Below, piece after piece: positions 28,310-40,364 of a stretch of 64,000 bases of DNA (within the stretch, counting starts at the first letter, position 1; each line of letters starts with the position of its first letter). The notes under the pieces were generated by a model. The model had not been told where the DNA came from and searched no databases. It saw nothing but the letters and a program-made list of their open reading frames with translations. This stretch comes from the human T2T-CHM13v2.0 reference genome, Homo sapiens, in NCBI RefSeq assembly GCF_009914755.1, contig NC_060934.1; one strand, given 5' to 3'. The translations under genes and the position numbers were made by a program.

Positions 28310-28510
28310 GAGTTCCATGGAGCTGGGTTCCAATTTCAGCTCTCCTCCTCTCTCAGGCTGCAGGCTGTGGGTTAGGTTTCTTAGCCTCTTGAATTTCAGT
28401 TTCTCCATCTATATAGTAGGGAGAATAACAGTGCCTTCTCAGTGAGTTGGTGTGAGGATTGAATGGAAGAATCCTGGTAAAGCTCTTAGTTAGCACAGTG
28501 CCTGGCACAT
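28310..28510 (+). mobile_element. MIR
   Basis: ctgggttccaat...tcagtttctccatctata...cacagtgcctggcacat. Confidence 0.7.
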
Positions 28511-29553
28511 GGTGTCCTTTTGTTGGCCTTTGCTACAATTAATGAAGGCAGAAGTGTGATTATATAAACCTGTACCCACTTTCTTTGAGTCTCCATCCTC
28601 TGATGTATACCATGAGGTACTCCCTGCAACCCCTTTAGTTTGAAGCCATGCTATTCTTGTCTTTGCTCCCCTATCTCAACCCAGGAATGGTGATATTCTT
28701 GTTTACTCGCCTTTATTTGGTGTTCAATGCTGTCTCTCCTTCCTGTGATGGAAGGATTGTTCTGTCCTTTTCCCCCTTCCAGAACCTGTTCTCATTTCCG
28801 TTCTCCCAAGGCCAGCTGCAGCCTCTTGTCTCAAGAATGTATATCTTAACAACAATGAAAATCCTCACAGACTCATAATCAAAACATCTTGGAGAGGATA
28901 TCTTAGAGAAATGAGGTACCTTTCCAATAAGGGGAATGAGGATCTTTGGTGTCTTTTTGTGGGTCTTTCATATCATCAACAAATACAAGTGTTTGTTAAG
29001 CATCTATTACACACACGCAAATATATTAATTACCATGATTTAAAAAGGGAGAAGACACAAATCCTCAACTCAAGATGAAAAAGATTCCTAAAGATAAAGG
29101 CTCATTTAATATGAATTCACAATTCAAAATTTCAAAACCCGTGAATAAATAATCACATTATGAGCAAATGTCAATAAATAGAAAAAAAGCAAAATCAGAT
29201 AAGACTGCCAAGAACTTGAAGTAAATGAATAATATGATAGAGACCACAAAACTAGTAAGTGTAAAATTATTAGACATAAAAGAAGGAATATGAAATGTAA
29301 AAAACACAACAGAAAATAAAACAGATTTGGAAAAGAACCAAATAGAACTTATGGAAATCCTTTTACGGCCACAGAAATTTTACAACTCAGCAAGTAGGAT
29401 AAATAGCAGATTAGACTCACTTGGACTGTAACAATTAGGCCAATAAAAATAGATCTGAGAAACATAATCAGAATGTAGTATATACAAAGAAAATGATAGA
29501 AATAAGAACACAGGCATGGCTCTTATTTCTATCAGAGAACAGAATGAAAATAG

Positions 29554-29849
29554 GGCCAGGCACAGCAGCTCACACCTGTAATCCCAGCACTTTGGGAGGC
29601 CAAGCCAGGCAGATCACTTGAGGTCAGGAGTTTGAGACCAGCCTGGCCAACATGGTGAAACCCTGTCTCTACTAAAAATACAAAAATTAACCATGCATGG
29701 TGGTGGGTGCCTGTAATCCCAGCTACTTAGGAGGCTGAGGCAGGAGAATTCCTTGAACCTGGGAGGCAGAGGTTGCAGTGAGCTGAGATCATGCCCACCG
29801 CACTCCAGCCTAGGTGACAGAGCACACCTCTGTCTCAAAAAAAAAAAAA
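29554..29849 (+). mobile_element. Alu (AluS-like)
   Basis: TSD GAATGAAAATAG (29542-29553 / 29851-29862). Confidence 0.95.
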
Positions 29850-30695
29850 TGAATGAAAATAGAATGAGAAAATCTACCATACACCTAATGAGAGTTCCAG
29901 ATGAAGATGATGGAGAATGGGGAGAAGCAATAATCAGAGATAATGGCTGGGAAGTAAAAAAACCAGAATTCATAGATTCATAATGCCACAAATTTTAAGT
30001 AAAATAAATAAAAACCCACTTTTACATGCCTTATAGAGAAATCATAATTCACCAAAGCCAAAGAATAAAATTTTTAAAGTAACAAGAGAGAAAGGAGAGA
30101 CTACCTACAGAGGAATGACAATTAGACAGCCAACTTCTCAACAGAAACAACTGAAACAAGAAACAATGGAACAAGATCTTCAAAGAACTAAGTGAAAATT
30201 ACTGTCAACCTAGAATTGTAGGCTGAACACAAAGTGTTTTTAGACAAATAAAAACTAACAGAATCTGTCACCAACAGACTCTCCCTGAAAGAATTTCTAA
30301 AGGATAAACTTCAGGAGAAAAGAAACTGAACCCAGAAGAGTAATAAAGAAGCACTGAAGAGCAAAGATGATGATTACCATATAGATAATACTAAACAAGC
30401 ATTGATTTCTAAAACAGAAAAAATATTAATGATAATTTTGATCATTACCAAAACAAGATGGAACTAAAATATTAGAAAACAATAACATGCTAGACAGGGA
30501 CTGTTACATCAGAGTTAAAGCATATCAAGATTCCTAGATTGTTTGTAAGGCAATAGAGGTATGAATTAACTTGATACTGTTAAGTCAAGTAAACATTAAA
30601 AGTTTAGGGGTAACCACTGAAAGAATAAAAATAAAATATATAGCTTCCAAACCAGGGAGGGATGGAAAGGGAGATAAAGATAGAAAAGAAGAGTC

Positions 30696-31014
<319 letters not shown>

Positions 31015-33119
31015 AGAAAAGAAGAGTCAGGGAAAGCAGTATAAAGTAAAGTAAACAGAACTAATAAAAGAAAATGCTATACAATAAATAAATACAATAT
31101 ATTCAAACATCTGAAGCTGTAGTAATTGTAAATAGATTCAACTCACCAATCAAATGAAGAATTTAATTGCTTAGCAATGTGCTATTTCACAGAACCATAT
31201 CTATACATTAAAGACTCTGAAAAGGACTGAGGAAAGATGTACCAAATTGTAACGAAAAGAAAGCAGTGTAACTGTTTTAATACCAGACAAAATAGACTTT
31301 AGGAGTAACTAGAAGTGACCTAAGTACAATGGCAGGTGGAGAAGGAGAGTTATTGAAAGCAGAGAGAACTGCATGAGCAAAGACATCAAGGGAGGACTAT
31401 CCCTAACAAATTTCAATAGCTCAAGTTCAAATATAGGTTAAAATAGAGAAGCTTCTTCATTGTAACATTATGCTCTGTTATTTTTAATGTATATTTTTGA
31501 GCATGTAGGCACCAGACACCATGCTATAAATTATTTCTATAAATTATTTCTACTCCTCGAAAAATCTCACAATGCAGATGCTTTGTTATTCAGTACAATT
31601 TTGGTTATAGAAAACTGAAACCCAATTTGAATCAGTCTGAGTTAAAAGTAAGAATAGATGGATCTCTCACTAGAAAAACCCCACAGAAGGAAGGACACTG
31701 TTTGGGCCAACTTTGGATCCCATGCCCACTCTCCAGCTCATTACTGAGTTCAGGAGGACAGGCCAAGCTTGGGTCAAGTGCCTGCCCAGCCTGAAGTGTG
31801 GGGTGTTACAATAAAAAATAAAAAATAAATAAAAGAAAACACGATTGATGTACAGAAGGACTGCTTCTCTGAAAGTAGGGGTCTGACAAAAACAAACAAT
31901 TCCACAAGAGTAGATTGTATTATCCTCATTTTATAAATGAAGTCTCAGACTCAGAGGCCAAGGGACTTGTCCAAAGCCCCAAGCACCTACATGGCAGAGC
32001 TGATGGGAAACCAGGTTTTTTCCTCTAAAAGGCTGAACTTTTTCTCCAAGCAATGAACATAGGACTTTGCACAGAGTTAAGTTCTCAAGATATATACTAA
32101 TTCATTATTTTAAAGGACCTACAGAATATAAAGAAAATTGATCATTTTCTTTATAATCATTAAAAGATTTGGAATGAGGAACTTGTTTCTAGGGCCAACA
32201 ACCCTACAGCATATGGGCCCTCCCAAGGACCCTCCACAGACACCAATGAACTTGGCATCATAGATCCTCATGCTTAGAACTCCTTTGCACTGATAATTTG
32301 TACTGTGCAGTTCAGCCCTAAAACCATCTTTAATTATTTCACAGCTTGTCCAGGTCTAGCACCTCCCTTTCTCCTCCACAACACCCAAAAGAGCCACTAG
32401 TAGATGTTTAAATGATTGGCTCCAACACTTTTTAACTCATGAACCCATCTGGAAAACTGATGAAACCTATGGGCTCCCACCCCGAGGAAAAGGGGGAATC
32501 AATGCCTATTTGCACATACACACACACTTTCAGCAACTTTGCAGGCCCCTGAAATGTATCCAGGAATCCCTGGGAGTTAAGAACTGCCTCAACAAGAAGG
32601 GAATAAAACTTAGTACCCCCAAGAGACAGCATTGGGAGGCTATTCAATCAACTCAAAAAGATTGGGGCCAATTCACATGTGACTATCTTAAATGGACAAG
32701 AAGTGCTAACCCATAAAAGCACATTTCATAGTTAGCTGTTGACTGCAATGGATCCCATTCAGCTCCAATTTTAAAATACCAGCTGAGTGCCACTATGTGC
32801 CAGGTACTCTGCTGGATACAAACTAGAGTAAGACCCTGTCCTGAATCCCTAGAAGCTCAAGACAGATGCATAAGCAACAATTTCACTTCAGTGTGGTGAA
32901 TGCTAAGGTAGAGCTGTGCTAAAATCCTATGGGAACACTGGCAGGAGGTGGAAAGTAAGGGAAGGTTCCAGGAGAGAAAGTCTCAGCGGAAGGAGGATCA
33001 GGTGTTTTCTGGCAAAGAACTGAGGGAGGAGGGGAGCATTGCTGGTGGTAGAAACATGAGACCCACATGCATGTAGAGTGACATGTGTGGGAACATCAAG
33101 CATATTGGTATCACTAAGG

Positions 33120-34125
33120 CAGTGGTTGTCAATGAGGGTGATTTGCCACCCCACTCGCGACATCCCATTAAGGACATTTGACAATGTCTGAGTGTTATCC
33201 AACAGAACTGAGGTCCACTTGCCCAGCACAGTTAAGACCAAACATCCACATCTATGTTTTCAGCAAGAGAAATAATGGCATTTATTTGCAGGGCACCAAG
33301 CAAGGAGAATTGAGCAGCTCACACTTAAGACCCAGCCTCTCCAATGGCTGGCAGGTAAGGGTTTTCAAAGGCATGGGTAAATTTCATGAAAGCAGAAGTT
33401 ACAGGCAAAATCCTAAATCAATACATAGAGGTTACACAGTGGGTTGGCTTGAAAAGGTGGGATATCTGGAAGCAGGGCCTTAGAGGTCACAGGTGGGTTT
33501 AAAGATTTTCTGATTTGCAATTGGTTAAGGAAGATAAGCTTTGTTTAAAAAAAGAAGTAGAGAATGTTGCCTATTTCATGGGCATAACTTCCTTCAGGCC
33601 CCTCAGGAAGAACTTTAGAACAAAGACCAGCAAAAGCGGTAAGAGTTCAGTCCTCAGTTCCCCCTTATCTGAGGTCTATGTGCCAGTAGATCCATCTGGT
33701 AGGGGTCTGGGTTTCTGAAGAACCACTCAGGGACATGTGTTAAAGTGTTACCTTTAGTTTCTATAGGGAACCAAACACCTCATGGCTCTAACGTCCTTGG
33801 CTATTGTTTAAGCTACCATTTCCTTTTAGGTTATGCACTTGCTCACTTTCTTCTCAGAGCCAGCTCGGTGCCTTGAATTTCCCTTGAAGGAACTTAAGAT
33901 TTCCCTTTATTTCCATGTTTAGGGTACATTCAGCAACCTGAGAGGGGTCCCTGCTCCATCTCACGAGGATAGCTTTGGTTGTCTTATCTCGGGTGGGAGT
34001 GGAGTTGCTTATGGGTATCTAGTAGGTAGAAGCCAGGTCTGCTGCGAAATATCCTTCAATGCACAAAAAGCCCCTGACAACAAAGAATTTTCTGGTCCAA
34101 AATATCGATAGTGTTGAGAAAGCCC
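33120..34125 (+). mobile_element. MER20 hAT MITE split by an LTR
   Basis: cagtggttgtcaa...ggacatttgacaatgtctg / tctagtaggtagaagccagg...acaacaaagaatt...gttgagaaa. Confidence 0.8.
33193..33963 (-). mobile_element. ERV1 solo LTR (MER39/MER34-like)
   Basis: TG...CA ends; 4-bp TSD TGAG/CGAG; minus strand starts tgagatggagcagggacccctct. Confidence 0.8.
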
Positions 34126-34383
34126 ACATCAGAGGATCAAGTGTGGATAGGGAGTTGTTGCCTGAATTGAGAAACCAATATTCCTGTAGCTTTGGGGCTG
34201 CTGCCATCAGACCCTCTCTTCCCTAAAGCAATGATACCAGCTCTGCACCTCATCAGCAGGAGGAAAGAATGAGAGTGGTTTGTCTCTGTACAGTGAAAAC
34301 ATAGGTTAGTTATTGAAGCTAACTTGACTTCTGCACTCATGTATCAGTTGTGATTATAGAAGAAGGCTCGGCTGCACCCAGCC

Positions 34384-35479
34384 TGCTATGGTCTGGATAT
34401 TTGTGTCCACCATCCCCGAAATTTATATGTTGAAACCTAATCCCTGTTGACAAAAAGAGTCAAACTCTGTAAAATATTTTAAGAGATTTATTCTGAGCCA
34501 AATATGAGTGACCTTGGCCCCTGACACAGCCCTCAAGAGGTCCTCAGAACATGTGCCCAAGGTGATGGGGGTACAGCTTGGTTTCATATATTTTAGGGAG
34601 GCATGAGACATCAATCAAATACATTTAAGAAATACATTGGTTCGGTTCAGAAAGGTGGGACAACTTAAAGTGGGGGCTTCCAGGCTACAGGTAAATTTAA
34701 ATATTTTCTGGCAGATAATTGGCTGAGTTTGTCTGAAGACCTGAGATCAATGGAAAGGGATGTTCAGGTTAAGGTAAAGGGTTGTGCATACCAAGTTTTA
34801 TTGTGCAGAGGAAGCTCTCCGATAGCAGACTTCAGAGACAGCAGGTTGTAAATTGTTTCTTATCAGACTTAAAAGGGTCCCTGGATCATAGTTGATTATC
34901 TCCTGGATCTGGGAAGGAAGGAAGGAAAACAGAGGGGCAAAGGTATTCTCTGTAGAATGTGGCTTTTTCCCACAAGAGACTTTGCAGGGCAATTTCAAGG
35001 TATGGCAAGGAAATATATTTTGGGGTAAAACATTTCAAATTTTCTTCCTTGTTATGCCAGAGTCAGATTGGAAAGTAAGTCATGATACACAGGGTTAAAT
35101 AAACCCATCTGATGAGAATTTATGATTTGTAGGGCATGACTCCCCACACCCCTTAGGAATTTGGGCAAGATAAAAAAAATCAGAGCTTAGTCCTCATCCC
35201 CAGTGTGATAGTTTTAGGAAGTAGGGCCTTTGGGAGGTGAATGGGATTAGTGCCCTTATAAAAGAGTACTGAGAGAGACTCCTCACCCCTTCTACCACGT
35301 GAGGACACAGCAAGAAGGAACATCGATGAACCAGGAAGCAGGCCCTCACCAGACACTGAATCTGCTGGCACCTTGGCCTTGGGCTTTTCCAGCCTCCATA
35401 TCTGTGAGAAAAAAAGCTCTGTGGTCTATAAGTCACCCAGTCTGGTATTTTGTTAAAGCACCCCAAGCAAACTAAGACA
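34384..35479 (+). mobile_element. MLT1A/MST-type MaLR LTR split by MER4
   Basis: tgctatggtctgga...gttgaaacctaatccc / atgggattagtgcccttataaaaga...actaagaca. Confidence 0.85.
34445..35196 (-). mobile_element. MER4D/E-like ERV1 solo LTR
   Basis: Minus strand starts TGAGGACTAAGCTCTGATTTT; TSD TCCC. Confidence 0.88.
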
Positions 35480-35513
35480 TGGCTCCACCTGAAAGTAACC
35501 TGTGGATGACTTG

Positions 35514-36525
35514 TGTGAACCCCAAACATTTGAGACAGGTCTTAGCTAATTTAGAAAGTTTATTTTTGCCAAGGTTGAGTACGCGTGCCCCTGAGACAGC
35601 CTCAGGAAGTCCTGACAACATGTGCCCAAGGTGGTTGGGGCACACCTTTGGTTTTATACATTTTAGGGAAACATGAGACATCAATCAATATATGTAAGAA
35701 GTACATTGATTCCACCCAGAAAGACGGGGACAACTTGAAGCAAGGAGGGGTCTTCCTGGTCACAGGTATGTGAGAGACAAATGGTTGCATTCTTTTGAGT
35801 TTCTCATAAGCCTTTCCAAAGGAGGCAATCAGAATATGCATCTATGTTAGAAATACCAAAATTGTTAGAAATAGATAATCGGTGCCATGAAGAAAAGTCA
35901 GCACGTAGACATAAGATCTCTCAGCAAGGCAATCTTTACTTTCTGCAGAAAGGGTGCTCAATCACAGATGGAACAATGGTGAGAATATACCTGAACAAAG
36001 GAAAAGCAGACATATTTATCCCTTACTCATTTGGGTCATCCTTACTGCTGTGTCCTGCATCCATTTGCTGGAGAAGGACCTCACTGATATCCGATTTGCT
36101 AATAACCTGAAACTTTCCTAAATAGGTAAGTGCAGGGAAGGACAAAGAAGGAGAGGAAGTTGCTTATGAAAGGTTTAAGGAAGCAATAACATTTCCAAAT
36201 AAGGAAGGGGCATAAGCTATGAGCTAAGATTTGCCTGGGCCTGTCCAGACATGCCTGAGTAAGCCAAAGCAACTAACTGGGCTAAAGTGTAAGAACTAAT
36301 AGTTGATAGGAGGGTTTAGAGTAAGGAACTATTATTCCTAGTGTCTATTATTTTATTTTTAAACAAGACAAGCTTTGAAGAGGAAGTTTTCTACTTTCTA
36401 CAATCTCAGTGAGCGGAGGGATTACTTTGAACAGAATGGGAGGCAGATTTGCCCTGAGCAGTTCCCAGCTTGAATTTTCCCTTTAGCTTAGTGATTTCGG
36501 GAACCCAAGATATTTTCCTTTCACA
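35514..36525 (-). mobile_element. MER4A-like LTR split by another LTR
   Basis: Minus strand starts TGTGAAAGGAAAATATCTTGG; TSD ~(C/T)TTG. Confidence 0.85.
35845..36402 (-). mobile_element. LTR10-like (HERV-I) solo LTR carrying p53 half-sites
   Basis: Minus strand starts TGTAGAAAGTAGAAAACTTCCTCTTCAAAG; flanks ATCT(A/C); p53-type decamers at 36227-36266. Confidence 0.72.
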
Positions 36526-37093
36526 TTTGCATACCCATCTTCGGGAGTAGCAGGTAACCCAGGTTATTCACGGGATTTGGTTTGCCTGGTTAGCCCACAG
36601 TGGGACACAGGAAGGAGAATTCAGAGCTGTTACCAAGTGCTACCTGAGATCTCACACAGTTACTAAGGTCTGGAGAATTCTCTCCGCAAAGCTCCAGATG
36701 TAACTGTGACTCTACAGTGACTTCCTGACTCTAGGGACATCAGAACAAGTTCCTTAAGAGAGCTTTCAGGAAATAGCCTGGGAACTCTGTAAGCAGGGTC
36801 AAGAATCCATACAGTCACAGGGGCAGCATCTTGCTGAGGGGTTTGCAGAGGGTTACCACAGGAAAGAGAAACCACCCATAGCAGAGGGGCAGCAGGAACA
36901 ACCGCCACCAAGTGGGTCACTAGCCATGGGAGCCTCTGAGTCCTGCTGACAGCCAGTGGCTGGAACAGCAACCGAGACCTGCACAGGAGCCAGGGCTTCC
37001 AAAGCTTATGATGAAAACTCCCACTGACATGGTCAGAGAGAGGGTCTAGTTCCAGGAACTTATTTATCAGAGTGCTCTCTCCCCATCTTGGCA

Positions 37094-38277
37094 TGTGTTA
37101 CTGGATATTGTGATTTTTTTTTTTCGAGGCAGAGTCTTGCTCTGTTGCCCAGGCTGGAGTGCAGTGGTGCGATCTTGCTGCAACCTCTGCCTCCTGGGTT
37201 CAAGTTATTCTCATGCCTCAGCCTCCAAGTAGCTGGGACTACAGGCATGCGCCACCACCCCCACTAATTTTTTGTATTTTCAGCAGAGACAGGGTTTCAC
37301 CATGTGGGGCAGGCTGGCAAAACTTGGTCTCAAGTGATCTGCCCACCTTGGCCTTTGAAAGTGCTGGGATTACAAGTGTGACCAACCACACTCAGTAGAT
37401 ATTGTGATTTTTAATAAGAAATATATATTTGGTCTTCATCCAAGCACAAGTGCTAGGAAACTAGGAGGTTTCCTAGCACACACCTCCTAAAACCCTTAGA
37501 GTAGCAGAAGTGATTTGTCCTTTTGTATACTAATGGGTTGACTGTTGGCTGGGGGCCCCTGGATAGCCTCAGAATGGGGACTGGTTGCCAGTGGAACCAA
37601 CCTTGTGATTGGAGGATTGGGATATTCAACTCTTCCCCCTGACCTCCAGGGAGGGGGAGGGCTGAAGGCTGAGGTGATCATCAATGTCCAATGATATAAT
37701 CAATTGTGCCTACACAAAGAAGACTCCATAAAAACCCAAAAGGCTGAGGCTCAGGAAGCTTCTGGATTGCTGAACACATGGAGGAACTGGGAGGGTGGCA
37801 TGCCCCTAGAGGGAAGCTCTGCACCCCTTCCTTTATACCTTGCCCTATCTGTCTTTTCTTCAAGCTGTACCTGAGTTGTATCCTTTTATAATGAATGGGT
37901 AAAATTAAGTCAAGTATTTCCGTGAGGTCTGGGAGCAATCCTACCTCATAATCAACCAAGAGGAGGGGGGCGTGGAAACCTCCAATTTACAGCCACTTGG
38001 TCAGAAGCACAGGTCACAGCCTGGGATTTATGACTGGCTTCCGAATGGGGGCAGTCTTGCAGTCTTGTGGGACTGAATCTTTAACCCTGTGAGATCTGAC
38101 TCTAACTTCAGGTGGATGGTGTCAGGATTGAATTGAATTAGAGGACACCCAACTGGTATCAAAGATCTGGTTGCATGAGAAAAAATAACCCACACACATT
38201 TTGTTGACCAGAGGAGAAGTATTCTGTGTTGAGTGTGAATGTAGAAGGGAAAACTGTTCTTTTCTTCCTATTATACA
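37094..38277 (+). mobile_element. MER21-like LTR with Alu insertion
   Basis: gatattgtgatt...aataagaaatatatatttggtc...ggctgggggcccctggatagc...ggacacccaactggt. Confidence 0.75.
37114..37395 (-). mobile_element. Alu (antisense)
   Basis: TSD GATATTGTGATTTTT. Confidence 0.93.
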
Positions 38278-40289
38278 GTCATCCTTAACATCTTTGTAGA
38301 AAGCATCATTGATTTTCAACATACCCATCACTGAAAGGAAAAGCCAGCTCCCCACCAGCAAACCTCACCAGGAAAAGGTCCAAACAGCCTGAGAGGGAAC
38401 TTAATTCACTGTAACTAGTACTCAGATCCTGGGGGGAGGCTATGGCCTGGGGGAGGATGATATACAGGTATACCTCAGCTGCTGGTCACAACAAAAACAA
38501 ACCCTGAATACTACACCCAAACATGCTAAGCTGACTGTGGGAAATCGGCTGAGATAAGGCAAACAGAACACAATAAGACCATTTATCCTGAAACAAACTG
38601 GCCCTTCAGTTTCCAAGAGACACCCATAACTCAGCCCTCCAGGAAGAACTTGCACGTCAGTTGCCTCGTTCTCTGGGCACAGAACACCATTAACTTTAAA
38701 AATACACCAACGGTTGTACGAGAGACAAGTCATCAAGCATGGTGCTGGGAACAGGGCGGTTTGGGCTCCATTTAAGGAAAAGCACTGGGCACTTGCAGGC
38801 CACAGACTTCTGCAACGGAATCTTTTGAAAAAGCTTCTCCTTCCGTCTGGTGATCCCGTCAGCAGCAGGCCTGTCCCCTAGGTCAGGTAGCCTGGAATTT
38901 CAATCCCCCAGGTGCCAGCACTTCTGCTTCTCAACTTGCGGTCCCTTCACTAAAGTCAAAGGAGGATGGAGGCTGTGCCTCTACTTCTGGACCCTACTTT
39001 TATAAATATCCTGCAATGTAATTATTTTTATGACCAAATTTTCTTTTGACTGTTAGGCCTCCTCTGGGACCATGTAATTACCCAGCCCTATTTGCAAGTT
39101 TAAGTGCCTGGCTCTGCGGTCATCTGAACACAGGAAAAGGCTTTGCCGTGCATCTGTACGCATATTGCCTTCATAGCCAAGTTATTCCTAAATCGTTCAC
39201 CAGTTTAAAGATGTGTCCCATAAAAACCTTCTTCTGGGCTCCATCCAAGGCGGTGGAGCCAGCATGGCCCTGGACGGATATTTCAGGGAGGCTGCGAGCG
39301 ACCGCAAGGAAGCATTGTGCCTAATCGTGGCACTCGTCCAGATATCGTAGGAAAATTATGACCGAAAATACCTCCTGAAGACAGAATGACCACATGGCCT
39401 GCGGCAGACTGGCGGTGTCAAGGTGTTCAGCTTTTTCCAAGAATGGCACAGAGAAGAAGACCACAGAAGAGCTAAGCTTCTTGGAAAATGGGTGTGTCAT
39501 GCTAGGGAAAGCACTGGCAGCGCAGGAAATAAAGAAAGCTCCCCACGTAAGCCATCTAGCACAAGGGAATGTATGGCAGAGAGTCAACAGCCACGTCTTG
39601 GCAGTGGAGGATCTAGGTTCAAAAAGCAGCTCTGCACCTTTCTAGAAATATGACGTTAAACAATTTGGTTAACTACTCCGATTGCCAGATTCCCCATCTA
39701 TAGTACTGAAAATCATTCTATCCATAGGTTGTGTAAGGATCAAAGAAGATAACAGACATAAAATATTTAGCATTGCACCTGATAAATAGTAAATATTTCA
39801 CAAATGAGAGTATTGAGAGTATTATTACCCTCAATGGTAATTATTATTATTATTAAGAGTATTATCATTTTCTCATTATTAACTCCTTATAGCTGCATAG
39901 TGTTTTAGAATTTGCAACGGGCTGCTCTATTCATTCCTTTTTTTGCTTGAGAAAAATCTGACTAGGTAATGTATTAATTCATATAATTAAAAATAAAAAT
40001 GATATACAAGTACATGATGAAAGCCTAGCTCCCACCCCGTCTCTATCCACCTTCTCCCCTCCTCCACAGCTGCCCTTGAATGTAACACTTTCCTTAGGTC
40101 CTACATATGCACCAGTGTTTCTTTCTACAAATACATATATTCAGCTTCCCCCCATTTTTTACACAAAAGTAGCATTCTATTCACACTATTCTGCTATTTG
40201 CTATTTTTACTTTATATTAATAAATCTTACTATGGAGAGATCCTACTTTCCATATTAGTATATAGGAAGCTTGCTGGATCTCTTTCTCT

Positions 40290-40292
<3 letters not shown>

Positions 40293-40362
<70 letters not shown>
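40293..40362. repeat. Compound (CA)n(GA)n microsatellite within an old L1 relic (~39940-40660)
   Basis: Direct reading. Confidence 0.95.
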
Positions 40363-40364
<2 letters not shown>

